From NCBI RefSeq assembly GCF_040938485.1, contig NW_027272270.1, positions 124,001-188,000 on the forward strand: 64,000 nt of DNA, written 5' to 3'. The notes under the pieces are model-generated. The model did no database searches and was not told the DNA's origin. It saw nothing but the letters and a program-made list of their open reading frames with translations. Position 1 is the stretch's first letter. The number at the start of each line of letters is the position of its first letter. The translations under genes and the position numbers were made by a program. Source of the stretch: Diadema antillarum (taxonomy: Eukaryota). Shown in pieces: positions 13,801-25,749 of the stretch.

Positions 13801-16800
13801 GTTACCATGGCAACATACTTTTTGTCACTGTCAAGAAATGTGTCATGCTGACCTATATCCTAAGACAAACATTCAATATGAATTCCATGAGAATTGGAAG
13901 AACACTGATGAAGCAGTTTTGCCATGAAGCATTTTGCCCTATATTTTACCAATAACATGCCGTTACCATGGCAACGCACTTTTTGCCACTGCGGAAATAT
14001 GTGTCTTGCACATTAACATATTCAGATGAACATCTGTACCTAATTTCATAAAAATTGATCAAAAACTGTGGGAGGAGTTCGCGACGCAAGATTTGTACCC
14101 ATTTTTGCCCATAATATGCCGTTACCATGGCAACGTACTTTTGGGTACTGTCAAAAAATACGTCTTGCACATCTACAACCCAAGGCACACATCTGTGCCA
14201 AGTTTTATGGGAATCGGTCGAAAACTGAGGAAGTAGTTCGCGACGCAAGATTTGTACCCATTTTTGCCCATAATATGCCGTTACCATGGCAACGTACTTT
14301 TGGGTACTGTCAAAAAATACGTCTTGCACATCAATAACCTGTTCATCCCGCAATTCTCCGAGAACCTCCAATGCCCCCCAAAAAGATTTTTTTTTTTTGC
14401 AGGTTGACATGGAACACACAGCTTGGTAATCCACCTGTGCGAAAGCAGTCAAGCGGTCCATGTATCCTGTTTTCCATAGTCAACTACGTGTGCCATCAAA
14501 CAATGCAAAATATCTATCGGGCGCGAGGTATCGGGCACTGATGGGCTCACACACTCCTTTGTTCTACACGAAAGAGGCACCTGAATGGGGTCAGAGAAAG
14601 CGAAAATCTACTGAGCTCAGCCTTGATTGCTATGTACATCTTCAAACAAGTGTCATACCAAAATAGGCGCACACTTCATTGGAAAAAAAAGGCAAATAAT
14701 ACTACGATACATGCGGTTTTCATACAGAAAGAAACTGATAATGATAAAAGAATCTCTAATATATCTAAGCTATCTTTATGGGCAGTATAACACAAATAAA
14801 CACGAATTTAGGCCACAAAGGCAGGGACTCTTGTCTACATTTTGGAACCTGGTATAATAGGTTCAGCTATATCAGTTGACACCACGGGAACCTGTTTTAT
14901 AAAGAGTTAAAGGGGAAGGCTAGTAACTGATCAGTGGGAATCAGTGGAAATGCTGGGAGATGATTGTTCTAATCCTTATGGGATTCATTCAAGAGTTCAT
15001 TGTATATCTATTGTTGTGTGAAAATGATTTGCTTCAGAACGGTCTCATATTCAAGTAATGTGCAGATTAATGCTCCGTCACTGACCAGGGACGCTAACCT
15101 GGAAGCATTAAACTGCACATTACTTGAATATGAGACCATTCTGAAGCAAATCATTTTCACACAACAACAGATATACAATGAACTCTTGAATTAATCCCAT
15201 AAGGATTGGAACAATCATCTCCCAGCATTTCCACTGATTCCCACTAATCAGTTACTAGCCTTCCCCTTTAAAATTGATTATATAGTTGATTTCAACTGTA
15301 AGTCTATGGCAGCCTGTGTCGTAAGGAAATTTAAAATCGATTTTATCTTTTGATAAAACAGGGCCCAGGTTGCCATAAGGAACAAGTAAAAAGGAATATA
15401 TCGCAAGTGAAAGCAAAAGTGTCAAGTTTTGGGGAATTACTGCAATAACATCTCTAATGTTTTTAATGTGTGTGTGACAAGAACTACACTCACATAAAAT
15501 TCACTCGCAGCATCGCTGACAATACCAAACAACAACAAAAAAAAAAAACAAACACCGAAAAACAAACAAGGAAGCTCATGCTGCTCATGCTTCCTTTATG
15601 GCAAAATACTTCCCCTATGATGAAATACTTGTAGCTTCACTTTCATGCCGTAAGCCCAATTGCTTTCTTTTTCCATCTTCATAAAATCTGTGTACTCAGA
15701 CAGATTCTAGGCCTACAGTTGTTTGACAATGCAAAGAAGAGCTCAAATGACATTTTCGCTCAAATAACATTTTCACCCAAAGCATGAACTTAACTATATA
15801 ACATTAACCCTTTCAGGACGGGCTGATTTTGCTGCAACACGCATTTCCCATAGGCACTTGCTTGAGTATACTCGCGACTCGTCCTCAACGGGTAAAGGAC
15901 AATTCACATAGAAGAAATTATTGTTTTTCTTAAAAAGCAAATCTGAAACCACACCTCCAACAAAATATGTAAACTTCCTAAAAACTCCAGAGAACCCCCC
16001 TAACACCAACAAATAAGGCAAAAAAATGGGTCCTACTGAACTCAGCAAAAATAAAGCTGATCAAGGTAAAAACAGCCATCAGATGCACAAGTGAGCAATG
16101 TCCAGTTCCTCTTTATAAGGTTGCATCGCATATGTAGCTGGGCTGGCCACGAAATCTGACACATACCACTGAGAACTAGATGGAGTACTTGTAGGTTTAG
16201 AGCAAATGAAAGGGGAAATATGCAAACAATAAAACAAGATAAGCAGCAGATAGAAGGCAAAGGCAAACTAGCTGCAATGAAAATTACTGTAACTGTCAAT
16301 GATCACATACAAAAAGATGTTGATGATTACTAAATTAAATTGAATTGAATCGGATTGTGTTTTCGTTTTACTTAGCCCTAAACGGAGCAATGAATGCTTT
16401 AATGCAAACGACAGGAGGACTAGCAGCTTCCCGTCCTTTCTGAAGTACAATGTGTACCAGTACTATGTCTAAGCAACGAGGATTAAGCCCAGGGGCACAA
16501 AATGCTGCAGCCAAGTCAATTGAATGAGGCGCCTCATAATTGATGGTCTGTGTTTCTATCCACACAGCCACAACAGCTCCTCTACATGAATCACCACTAA
16601 TGATTCTTGCTTGTATATTTTTTCCTACTTAAAAAGCAAACAGACAAACAAACTCAAACAGCAACAACAACAATACCACTTCAGCTTAGGGGCACCTGTT
16701 TATAACTGCCTTGTCCTCTGGAAGCCTAAAGACCCTCGGTTTGGGGTTTCCTGGCTGGGGTTCAGGGGTGACACTGCCCACCTCAACAAAGCCAAATCCC

Positions 16801-19469
16801 ATTTTCAGCAGGCCATCCATGGCTTCCGCATGCTTGTCGAACCCTCCAGCCATGCCGACTGGGTTTGAGAATGGCAGACCCATCACCTCACTTGCCTGGG
16901 TATCAACCAAGGAACAAACAAACCACAACATGTCTGTATGGGACTGCAGTGCATCATTTATGTAATCACCACTGTATAAGACCATAAAATAAGTTTTAAA
17001 TTCAGATCATTACCAGGTGTTGTGGTCAAGATAGTTGGGAGAACTTTAAACTTAGACTTTTCTGACCAAACTATTTGGCATTTCAGCAATTCCTGTGATA
17101 TGGAAACCTATACTTTTCTTTCCAACTGCCCCATGTCCATGAAAACTGTTACTGGAGCAAAACTTTACATCAAAATCAATGTCTTGAGGTTACCACACTG
17201 CAAAACACAGAACTTTTATTCATCTTTGTTTTTAGGTGTTGCCTGGAACTCAAAATTACCCCATGCAGCTTAAAAATGTTTATCCTTGCATCCTACAGTC
17301 ATATGTAAGAACCATCCCAGATATTTCAAACAATCTGTTGCAGACATTATAGCACCATATATTGGGGGAGTGGGGAATTCACAAACATGATGGGGCCTAC
17401 ATAAAGCCACTATGCTACTCTCATTAACACTGCTTGTGCTGTCATAGGCGAGTGTGAATTTCTCCAGTAAATTTCACTGAAATTAGCAAGGAGGAAATAA
17501 TTTCATTAATTGTACCGTACAAAAAAAAAATTCTTCTTAAATTCTATGGTATATTGATATTGTATATCCTGTCTGTGTATATCCTGTCTGTGACCTACCA
17601 GTCGAGGGGGGTCTTTGTATTTGCTCCGTGGCACCAACCCCCAGGCTGCTGTCTTTACTGCCAAGATGTGAGATGTCTCGCCGTCTATCAGTCTGAAGGA
17701 AGGCATCACAAAATCACGATAGAATTTCTCATTGCCGTTGGCAACGGCGATGCCCACAAAGAGCACGGACCCTCCTCCCAGGACGGTAGCTGCTGTCTGA
17801 AGTTTCTTCTGTGATCACCAAACATTGTAAGATTTGTAAGATTTTATTAAACTCTGCTGACCCCTGATCGGAAGTATGAGAGTTTTTACAAGAATATGTT
17901 TTAATGAATACAATTGTTTGCATTGTGAATTGATTAATTAAAAAAAATACAAACACTAAAACTAAACATATATGTTGTTTTCAGCACAATCACATTGTAA
18001 AATGCACTGGTTGTTAGGTAAATAAATACCATGGTATAGTCAAACCCATCTATTTTATAGTGACCACCTGCAGTATTCTCTTTAATGTGGACCACTCAAC
18101 GCAATTCCCCACACAAGAAAAGCCATGGTAATGACCTCGTCTATACATAGTGGCCACCTGTCTACATCAGCCACTTGTTTGGCTCCCTTATGAGGTGGCC
18201 ACTGTATGTGGACAGGTGCAAGTTTGACTGTACATTAATTGCTCCTATCAAATTGCCAATTTTCTTTTCCATTCATCAAACACAGGGCTGCCAACATCCA
18301 CACTCCAAAATCAGGAAGATCCCAAGACTGCTAGAGGCTTTCATGCAGATATTTACACAAAAGGCATTGTAACAGGCATTAGTATCAATTCTGGATTGGA
18401 GTCAGCATTTCAATTAGACAGAAAGATCCGTCTGTCCGGGGGAGTCTTTTATTTTTTTGACGTTATCGCTCTCCTCCGCATGAAGCCAGACACAGTCTCC
18501 GTGGAACATTTCCCCGACGACCAGATACAGACCGATCTTTCAGTCAACATTTCAATAAGATTCTTCTTTTACCTGAAAGGTAGTAGTTATGAAGAAATGG
18601 TTATCCTTTTTTTTTATATGAAGAATATCCTCTATTAAGGATCAGGGAGATCCGAAGACTTGCTCATAAAAATAACCGTGGTAATCTATGGTAATTAGAT
18701 ATTGTCAGATCCAGGCTAGTAGTAGAATAGACCTAGACTAGATGTCTAGTGAAAGCTCTGTATTTAAAAGACTGTAACGTAATCAAGGAAAAATCCTCCT
18801 TGTTGGAGTCACACTGACATTGTTAAGCTATATTCTGACACTGTCTATCTATAACAAATTAAGTTACTCTTGTCTGACTTGTCGTGGTGTAGAAATCATG
18901 GTGCCTCATAACTGCGACCAGCCCCAACACGCAGTGTTGGGGCTGGTCGCACAGTGTGTAACTGTGTATACGGAGCGTCCCGGGGTTACCACAGTGTGTA
19001 ACTGTGTATACGGAGCGTCCCGGGGTTAGGTGCCTCAATAAAAACATGGTGCCTTAATAAAAACAAAGCCACCTTTTACAGATAAAGAGTTGTTTCTACT
19101 TCTTCTACTTCTACTTCTATGGTGCTTCTCATCAAAGCCTGTTCAGCAACTGGATGAGGGTTTGTGGTGTGGTGCTTCAGACAGTGGATGCCATTTCTGC
19201 TTTGTGCTATTGTGCTCACTGTGCAAGTAAAAATAAATCTCTGCTATACTTAGTTATGAACAACAAACACACACACACCCACATTAAACTAAAGTCATTT
19301 AGCTCTAACATTGTCATTAGGCCTCTACTAATGTTAGATGACTTTTCCTTTCTTTGAATTGGAATAGAGGTCTAGTCATATCCACAGACCGCACATATTA
19401 CATAAACTTAATTTAATTTACGCATTCGATGCGTGTCACACGTCAGATTCTACTCACTTTCAGTGACAT
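7804..19469 (-). CDS. DHODH: Dihydroorotate dehydrogenase (quinone), mitochondrial; 9 coding exons, 393 aa
   Basis: Exons in transcript order: 19458-19469 (MSLK), 17599-17808, 16696-16895, 13192-13274, 11293-11483, 10247-10366, 9465-9618, 8712-8871, 7804-7855 (…AVGADHR*). All junctions are GT-AG with matching phases, total 1182 nt. Class-2 DHODH motifs: N-terminal TM segment, [57 protein letters not shown] (catalytic Ser), VKISPDL, TNTT, GGLSG, IIGVGGI. Confidence 0.97.
7966..8207. mobile_element. hAT-like MITE
   Basis: CAGGGCT…AGCCCTG termini and internal GTGGCC/GGCCAC repeats; no clean 8-bp TSD. Confidence 0.5.
9625..9757. other. Assembly gap (N); further gaps at 55779-55913, 58192-58344, 61409-61552
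   Basis: Runs of N of 133, 135, 153 and 144 nt, all intronic. The first ends 6 nt from the DHODH exon 7 boundary. Confidence 0.99.
11148..11276. mobile_element. GGCGGATCC-TIR MITE, copy 1
   Basis: CAGTAGCGGATCCAGG…CCTGGATACGCCCCTG, flanked by direct TATCT/TATCT. Confidence 0.75.
11520..11612. mobile_element. ~90-bp piggyBac-like MITE, copy 2
   Basis: TTAACCCATTGAGGA…TCCTCAACGGGTTAA. Confidence 0.8.
11669..11736. mobile_element. Truncated piggyBac-like MITE, copy 3 (inverted relative to copy 2, abuts family-1 MITE)
   Basis: TTAACCCATTGAGGACAGGCTGATTTTGCTAC…; the second end is missing. Confidence 0.65.
11739..12255. mobile_element. TA-flanked MITE, family 1, copy 2 (DHODH intron 4)
   Basis: Same TIRs and TA flanks; colinear with 1759-2287 apart from scattered substitutions and small indels. 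Confidence 0.85.
13484..14335. mobile_element. Satellite-carrying element (Helentron/HINE-like architecture) with about five ~160-bp units
   Basis: 5' AACTAGAAAT plus a GTCGC-TACA-GCGAC hairpin (13494-13507); GTTACCATGGCAAC recurs at 13638, 13801, 13962, 14121 and 14280 (period 159-163). Confidence 0.65.
14911..15267. mobile_element. Fold-back (fully palindromic) Kolobok-like MITE
   Basis: TTAA|AGGGGAAGGCTAGTAACTGA…TCAGTTACTAGCCTTCCCCT|TTAA; arms of about 155-165 bp, almost perfectly complementary. Confidence 0.85.
15804..15896. mobile_element. ~90-bp piggyBac-like MITE, copy 4
   Basis: TTAACCCTTTCAGGACG…CGTCCTCAACGGGTAAA (right TTAA degenerate). Confidence 0.75.
18037..18230. mobile_element. 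pogo/Tigger-like MITE
   Basis: TA|TAGTCAAAC…GTTTGACTG|TA with internal GTGGCCACC repeats. Confidence 0.7.
18913..19028. repeat. Perfect 18-bp hairpin followed by a 39-bp direct repeat (period 40)
   Basis: TGCGACCAGCCCCAACAC-GCA-GTGTTGGGGCTGGTCGCA; CACAGTGTGTAACTGTGTATACGGAGCGTCCCGGGGTTA at 18950-18988 and 18990-19028. Confidence 0.9.
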
Positions 19470-20269
19470 TGTTGTTCTACAGCTGAGCCCCACATCAACT
19501 TGCTTGTTAAGATCTAGAACTGGTACTGGTGTATATATAGGAGCCTTCTTATTACATGTTATTGGTCGAAAACAGGTTAATGTGGATACAAATCATACAA
19601 AAACGCCTCCGTTCCGTAGCGTATGGGATCTTCGTGATAACAGCACGCAGACCTGCCGCACAAGGTAGTGGGTCAGGCGTAAGCTGTGGTAGGATCTAGG
19701 AGGAAACACGCGCGCCGATGATAGACTCTGTCTTAGTTGTTCTCTACAATGTTTCATTTTCGTGAATGTTGTTCCTTAATAAATTCTAAGTGTCTCTTTG
19801 GGTCAATGGTATCATCGAGTCAGTCTAGATACGAATAACTATTTTTAAAGATAAGAATTATTAGCAAGATAATCGAAAAGGAATAAGAGTGTACCCTATT
19901 AAACAGCTGTCACATTTTGTTTAAAAAAAAGCTTCTACGTCTGAATTAAGCCTAATTTAATTTGGTCACCTGATGATATATAATACGTCACATGACAATA
20001 TTATTCAATTCTAGAACAGTTGTATCATTCTCATAACCAAAGAGCGCACGCAATGTGAATCATGTTGCTAGCGGCTGAGCTACAAAAGCCAGTGTTGCTG
20101 AGGAAAGGCTAGAGACAGTACCTCCCGCTTGATTTCTCCGTGCAGCGGCCCATCGAGTCAGCAAGGTTATCATTCTATCCAAACGTCTGCTTAGGTTTTT
20201 GCGGGTTTCCCCTGCCATCGACCATTCGTGTAGCCAAAGATAAATCTTGTGAATATTCTAGTTCTCAAA
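19470..20269. promoter_or_regulatory. Putative bidirectional promoter / 5' UTR interval shared by DHODH and ACP5
   Basis: Only 800 bp separate two divergent start codons; there are local CpG-rich patches (e.g. CACGCGCGCCG near 19708, GCGCACGC near 20044). The TSSs are not observable. Confidence 0.6.
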
Positions 20270-21310
20270 ATGGGAATCGAGAGGGCCATTCGGGTGTCTC
20301 TGCTGTCGGTCGTAGCTTTGAGTGCTTGTTTTGCCCTTGCCCACGCGCTGCCAGCAGCGAGTAAGAACGCCGTATACTACGGCAAGGAAAATGCTCTCAA
20401 CTACCTAGTGCTGGCCGACTGGGGCGGCCAGCCCGGCGCTCCGTACTACACCGAGTGTGAATACAATGTTGCAAAGCAGATGGGTGTGATTGCGACGAAT
20501 TACGACTCTAAGTTTGTCTTGGCACTGGGAGACAACTTTTACTACGACGGCGTAAAGAGTGTAGACGATCCCCGCTTCAACGAGACTTTCGAGAACGTGT
20601 TCACCGCCGATTCCCTACAGGTGCCCTGGTACGTTGTTGCTGGGAACCACGATTACCACGGCAGTGTTCAGGCACAGATCGAGTACTCCAATGTCTCAGA
20701 GAGGTGGCAGTTTCCCGACTTCTATTTCGCTGAGCGCTTCCAGATACCCAACACAACTGACACGGTGGCCTTTATTTTGATTGACACTATCATGCTGTGT
20801 GGAGGAATGGATCTCGATGATGCGGACATCCACAAGCAACCATCGCAAGCCAGTGAAAAGAAGTTGATGGAGGCCCAGTTGCTGTGGATTGAGGATCAAC
20901 TGAAGAGCACCAGAAACGACACGTATGTGATCGTCGGGGGACACTATCCCGTGTGGTCGATCGCCGAGCACGGCCCGACCAAGTGCCTGGTAGACCTGCT
21001 TCGTCCCTTGCTCATTAAGTACGACGTCAATGCCTACTTTTGCGGTCACGATCATAATCTCCAGCACATCCGAGAAGATAATTCCAGCGTTGAATACTTC
21101 GTCATCGGCGCAGCGCACATCGTTGACCCCTCCGTCGCCCACCAGGCGGACGTACCGGCCAGCTGGTTGAAGTTCCATTACGCCGACCTAACGAGCCTTG
21201 GGGGCTTCGCGTACGTGGAGGCCACATCGTCTGGCATGGATTTGACATTTGCCGACGGCGTGGCGGGAAAGAGTCTCTACCATGCCACTATCATGCCAAG
21301 AAAAAAGTGA
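20270..21310 (+). CDS. ACP5: Tartrate-resistant (purple) acid phosphatase type 5-like, single coding exon, 346 aa with signal peptide
   Basis: Uninterrupted ORF; first ATG is at 20270 (the ORF track starts upstream at a GTG). Hydrophobic signal peptide (…LLSVVALSACFALAHA). All purple acid phosphatase metal-ligand motifs are present: ADWGG, LGDNFY, AGNHDY, VGGHYP, CGHDHN. Several N-glycosylation sequons (NET, NVS, NTT, NDT, NSS). Confidence 0.95.
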   Translation: MGIERAIRVSLLSVVALSACFALAHALPAASKNAVYYGKENALNYLVLADWGGQPGAPYYTECEYNVAKQMGVIATNYDSKFVLALGDNFYYDGVKSVDDPRFNETFENVFTADSLQVPWYVVAGNHDYHGSVQAQIEYSNVSERWQFPDFYFAERFQIPNTTDTVAFILIDTIMLCGGMDLDDADIHKQPSQASEKKLMEAQLLWIEDQLKSTRNDTYVIVGGHYPVWSIAEHGPTKCLVDLLRPLLIKYDVNAYFCGHDHNLQHIREDNSSVEYFVIGAAHIVDPSVAHQADVPASWLKFHYADLTSLGGFAYVEATSSGMDLTFADGVAGKSLYHATIMPRKK

Positions 21311-23099
21311 TATGATTTGTTTCTAGCGTGCACTTGTTCCCCTAGCAGCCGTATTATCTTCGCCTCAAAGCTAAACTGAAATGATTGTTGCTTTTTGCGT
21401 GTTGTCGTTTGTCGTTTCGTCTTTCTTTTTGTCTATCAATCTTCATGAATATGACACGAACCTCTGTGAATCAAAGAACAGATGTTAAATGCAAAATGAA
21501 TGCATGCAGAAATTGAACAATTATAGAATATGTGCAATTGGCCCACCATGGACCTATTCTCTCAACTGAGACAGAAATTGGTTACTCCCAAAACGGATAT
21601 ACGTTTGTTTGTTTGTTTGCTTTTTCTGTTGAGATGATGGGTTGTGATGAAACGGGAGTAAATATTGATTGTACATGACAACATTCCTGATGTGTGATAG
21701 ACAACCCGATGATATATCGTCCTTCATTCAAATTTATGAGTAAAATTACTCAGGGGAGGAAAGATTTGACTTTCTTGTAAATGATGATATATACGCTGAA
21801 CTTCTTGCGACTGTATTGTCGCATGCAGCTGCACTGTAATGATGTTCATTGTCCATGTTGTTTTGTTTGATATTGGACACCTTTCATTTTGTTTTTATTT
21901 GTGCACGTTACAAAATGAGTAACTTTTTGTTTATGTGTTGCATTGATCTGCTGTGCAGGTCAGATATACTGGTTGGTAATAAGATATTTACCTCTCTCCT
22001 ATCAATACATGTATAATGTTTAATATGTTCTCCCCGTACATAGGCCACGTTTGATGCACTCAACACTAGCAAATTTGAAATTATTTTTGCATTCATTATG
22101 CATCAGTCGAATTTGTAAGGTTCAAGATAGTTCTCACACTCACTGATGCATTATTTTACAAAAATTAACCTTTGATCATGCAAAATACAACTTATGTTAT
22201 ACTATGATGATCTATTCACTGTTGAGACCATGCTTACATGGTACATAGGATTGATGCTCTATTGGAAATCCATAGGTTCATCAAATTTCGCCCACAGCGT
22301 GAACATCCATTGACAAGATTGCCTATACCCAGTGCACCATGTCCCCTTGATCCGGGTGTCAAATTTTCAGGGACTTATACATGGAGGAGCATTGCTTACT
22401 TATCAAGTACTACGAGTACAACCTTAGATCAGTTATATCATGAACATATGCACAGAGCCTATACTATTATGATTAAGATTCTATCCAAAGAGTCATAGTG
22501 ATGCTAATGATGAAGACGATAAGGCCATACAAATGTAAGTAGGCCTACTATATAAATGTACAAATACCACATGCTTATAGTTACCGTAGATTTTTTTTAA
22601 TGATTATGTTAATTGTTATTGTTGCCCTAGAGATTGACAAATGTTGTAGTGTCTTACTATTTGTTCCTCATCAGCCCTCTTGGACGTTAGGAAAAATAAG
22701 TCAGTTGGCAGTTGCTCTCAATGCCCTTTTTCAGTGCCTGATTCAGTGACGGAATATTCCAGAAGACAAACAAGTGTTCAGTTCAGTACTTTTAATATGT
22801 TCATTGTACTGTTGCAATCAAAGCCATATTTATGTGATACTTGTATTTATTCTTTATAAAAACCAGGCAAATCAAACTGACGTACGTCAAGACAAATTTG
22901 AAAAATGAAAAGTTAGCTTACGACAATGTTGTTTACGGGCGTAGGACCTAATATGTTGTATAATTCAATATAAGAGGAGGTGATGTTCAGATGAATGATT
23001 GGACAAAACCATTGATACTGTTAGCCTTTTTTATTTGAATATGTTGGACAGGGATGAAAATGACTTTTTAAGGATCAAACATAAAGAGACAATGATAGC

Positions 23100-23208
23100 C
23101 AAGGCTCGACAATAGCAGTAACAAGATGGCCCGGGGCCACCAAAGATAGATGTCGGGTCTCCACTTTTTAAGAAAAGTTATAATGTTTGGTTGCCCGTTC
23201 GGGCCACC

Positions 23209-23239
<31 letters not shown>

Positions 23240-23253
23240 ACTGTCGAGCCTTG
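23100..23253. mobile_element. hAT-like MITE
   Basis: Perfect 12-bp TIR CAAGGCTCGACA/TGTCGAGCCTTG; TSD not evident. Confidence 0.65.
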
Positions 23254-25213
23254 CATTTATCTTCATTAGGGAAAAAAAAGTAACAAATGAATGAATGGAA
23301 GATGTCAACGTTAGTTCATTAAGGAATTAATCACTTGAATAATGACTTAGTCGAAAGTTAAATGTCTTCCATATTCAAAACAATGCATAGTTTATCCGAT
23401 TAGTCAGATAACCACCAACAGCCCATGAACGTTTCACGAGACGAGTAGAAATATGTATTTGTACAGCAACAATGGTATTGAGTAAGCATGCAGAGTAAGC
23501 ATGTGACCATAAAAACGTGCCTTATCGCGTAAGCTTGTAGAACAGAAGGAGATATGAGATCGAAAGCCAAATGTCGTGTGCGAGATGAGCTTTTGTTTAC
23601 TAACTCGCTGTATAGGAGTTTACCGGTAGTTTTGATGAATTCAAGGGGAAGTGCACATTAATATTTACACGCAATGGCAGAAAGCAAAATACAATCGACC
23701 GGCGTAATTTCTGTCGGGATAGCGATTTATAAAAACGACATTTTTAATAGTTTGTAACGACTCAGCTATTGATCTATGTCCAACGATTTGGATAAGAGAA
23801 CAAAAACTATGCCAAGCAGCTCAGGTCATAATGTGTCAATACAACTGTTAGCACTTCGGCGTCTAAGGCTTTCATCGTGGAAGTAGAAGAAAATACAACA
23901 CTGAGACAATAAAGCTCTCACGTAATAAAAAAAATGACAAAAATAAAATGATAAAAGAGGGCAATCATCAATATCGTCATGTGAGTGTCATGATATATTT
24001 TGATGTGTCATAAAGAGTTTCGTGTTAGACAGGTGTTCTGAGATTGCTGCTTTGTACATGTTACTGCAATGACATTACATTGTATTCCGGAACAGACTGT
24101 AATCAATAAAAATATCAACACGTTTTACGAAGCAGTGTTCGTTGCGTATCTACTTCCTGTTTCCAACACACGATCCATTTGTACGCCTTTATTGTAGTAG
24201 GCAGCTGCAGTTCATTTTCTATTTCTATTCCAAAGAGATGAAATAAAAATCACATGCGTGAACAAACGGAAAAAAAAAATTCCAACAAACTCGAGTTAAA
24301 GATGAGTTTTTAGATGACTACACCCGTTTGAACGAAGTGCATCGTGCATTTGCATGTTGTCTGTGTGGCTGCGATCAGTGCTGCATTAATGTGAAATATA
24401 TAATTATGGAAAGTATTGATCGTAAATTGGTGTAGTTTCCGCAGTGCTTTGAAATTGGTTGCAATGGCAATATTGATTGTGTCGCATGTATATCTAATCA
24501 TCAGTGTATAATCATACAGTGATGGTGATACACCCCTCCCAGATATGTGTATATACAGTGTATCATGGTCAGTGATATTTGATAAGTAAAATGTTAATCT
24601 ATGTGTTCATGGCGATAAAAAGGAGATAACTCAATATAGCAGAAAATAGGCCTAGCACCTTTCCCTTCGGTCCCTATATAGTTGCAATTTTGATCGTGCA
24701 AGAACATTGTGTCAAGAAGTTTATCAAAGTTTAGATTAGTGAATCATTGTCTTTGGCTTTATATCTTAAAGGCTCTAAATGGAAATGGCGGCGATATATT
24801 GATTGACGCATTAAGAAATGTAACTATGATGATGATAATAATGATAACAAAAAAAGAATGATAGTGATGATAATAGCAATAATTTGATAGTTACTATTCT
24901 CATTATCGATAACCATAGTGATGATAATGAGAATGATAATAAATAGCTATGTGAAAATGTAATCTATTGTGATAGATAAACATTTCAATTAGTGCTTGTA
25001 TAAGGGAATATAAAGTAATGATTGAAATGTTTGTCTACACACCAGCATGGCCACAGGTAAGATCATCTTCACGCAACATACTTGTGTATGTAGCGAATAA
25101 CTAATTGGTTTTGCTTGGTTCAGTTCAGTTCAGAGCAACCACTTTCTTGTATTCAAAAATATTTTCGGTAATTCTTATTTTATCCTATAAAAACATCCCA
25201 GCGAATGTTATAA

Positions 25214-25555
25214 AGGGACTGTACAGTACTGCTTGAGGTGAGGATTCAGCTTGTAACGTTTTGCGAGATATTTAGAAACCACTCTATGAAATGTTAAAGA
25301 GCATACACTTCGAAGGGGAATCAAACGTTTATTTGATGAAAATCGGTTTTGAAATGACTGAGATATCTACAAACAAGGAAAAACAAAGAGATCTTAATAA
25401 TAGTCGTGGCCTGTCAATTTTATTAGGATCGCTGCTTTTTTTTTTTTTTTTGGATATCTCAGCCATTTCAAGGCCAATTTTCATAAAATAAACGTTGAAT
25501 CCTTCTTGAAATTACATGCTCTTTTGTATTTCATTTGAGGTTTTTCATTATCTCA

Positions 25556-25613
<58 letters not shown>

Positions 25614-25656
25614 TATAAACCTGAATCCTCACCTCAGCCAGTACTGTTAGGTCCCT
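25214..25656. mobile_element. Kolobok-like (TTAA) MITE
   Basis: AGGGAC…CAGTACTG…TGAGGTGAGGATTCAG TIRs, right TTAA intact, internal (TA)n; related to 43819-44215 and 44949-45343. Confidence 0.8.
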
Positions 25657-25749
25657 TTAAGTATAGAAATATGAATTAGACCTAGATATTTGAAGTTCAT
25701 TTGGTGCAATCAACGTCAAAGTTGAATTATTTTTCTTTCTTACAAATTT

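Noticed and set aside
13946-14461. 171-aa ORF with internal repeats
   Set aside because: Translation of the 160-bp tandem array; no domain.
17599-17808. DHODH quinone-site differences (Arg and Phe at human Gln47/Leu46, 1-aa deletion) as a self-resistance allele beside a biosynthetic cluster
   Set aside because: Similar substitutions are common in invertebrate DHODHs; the gene has the ordinary 9-exon housekeeping structure and there is no core biosynthetic gene nearby.
20696-21178. 160-aa antisense ORF
   Set aside because: Shadow ORF of the GC3-rich ACP5 coding strand.
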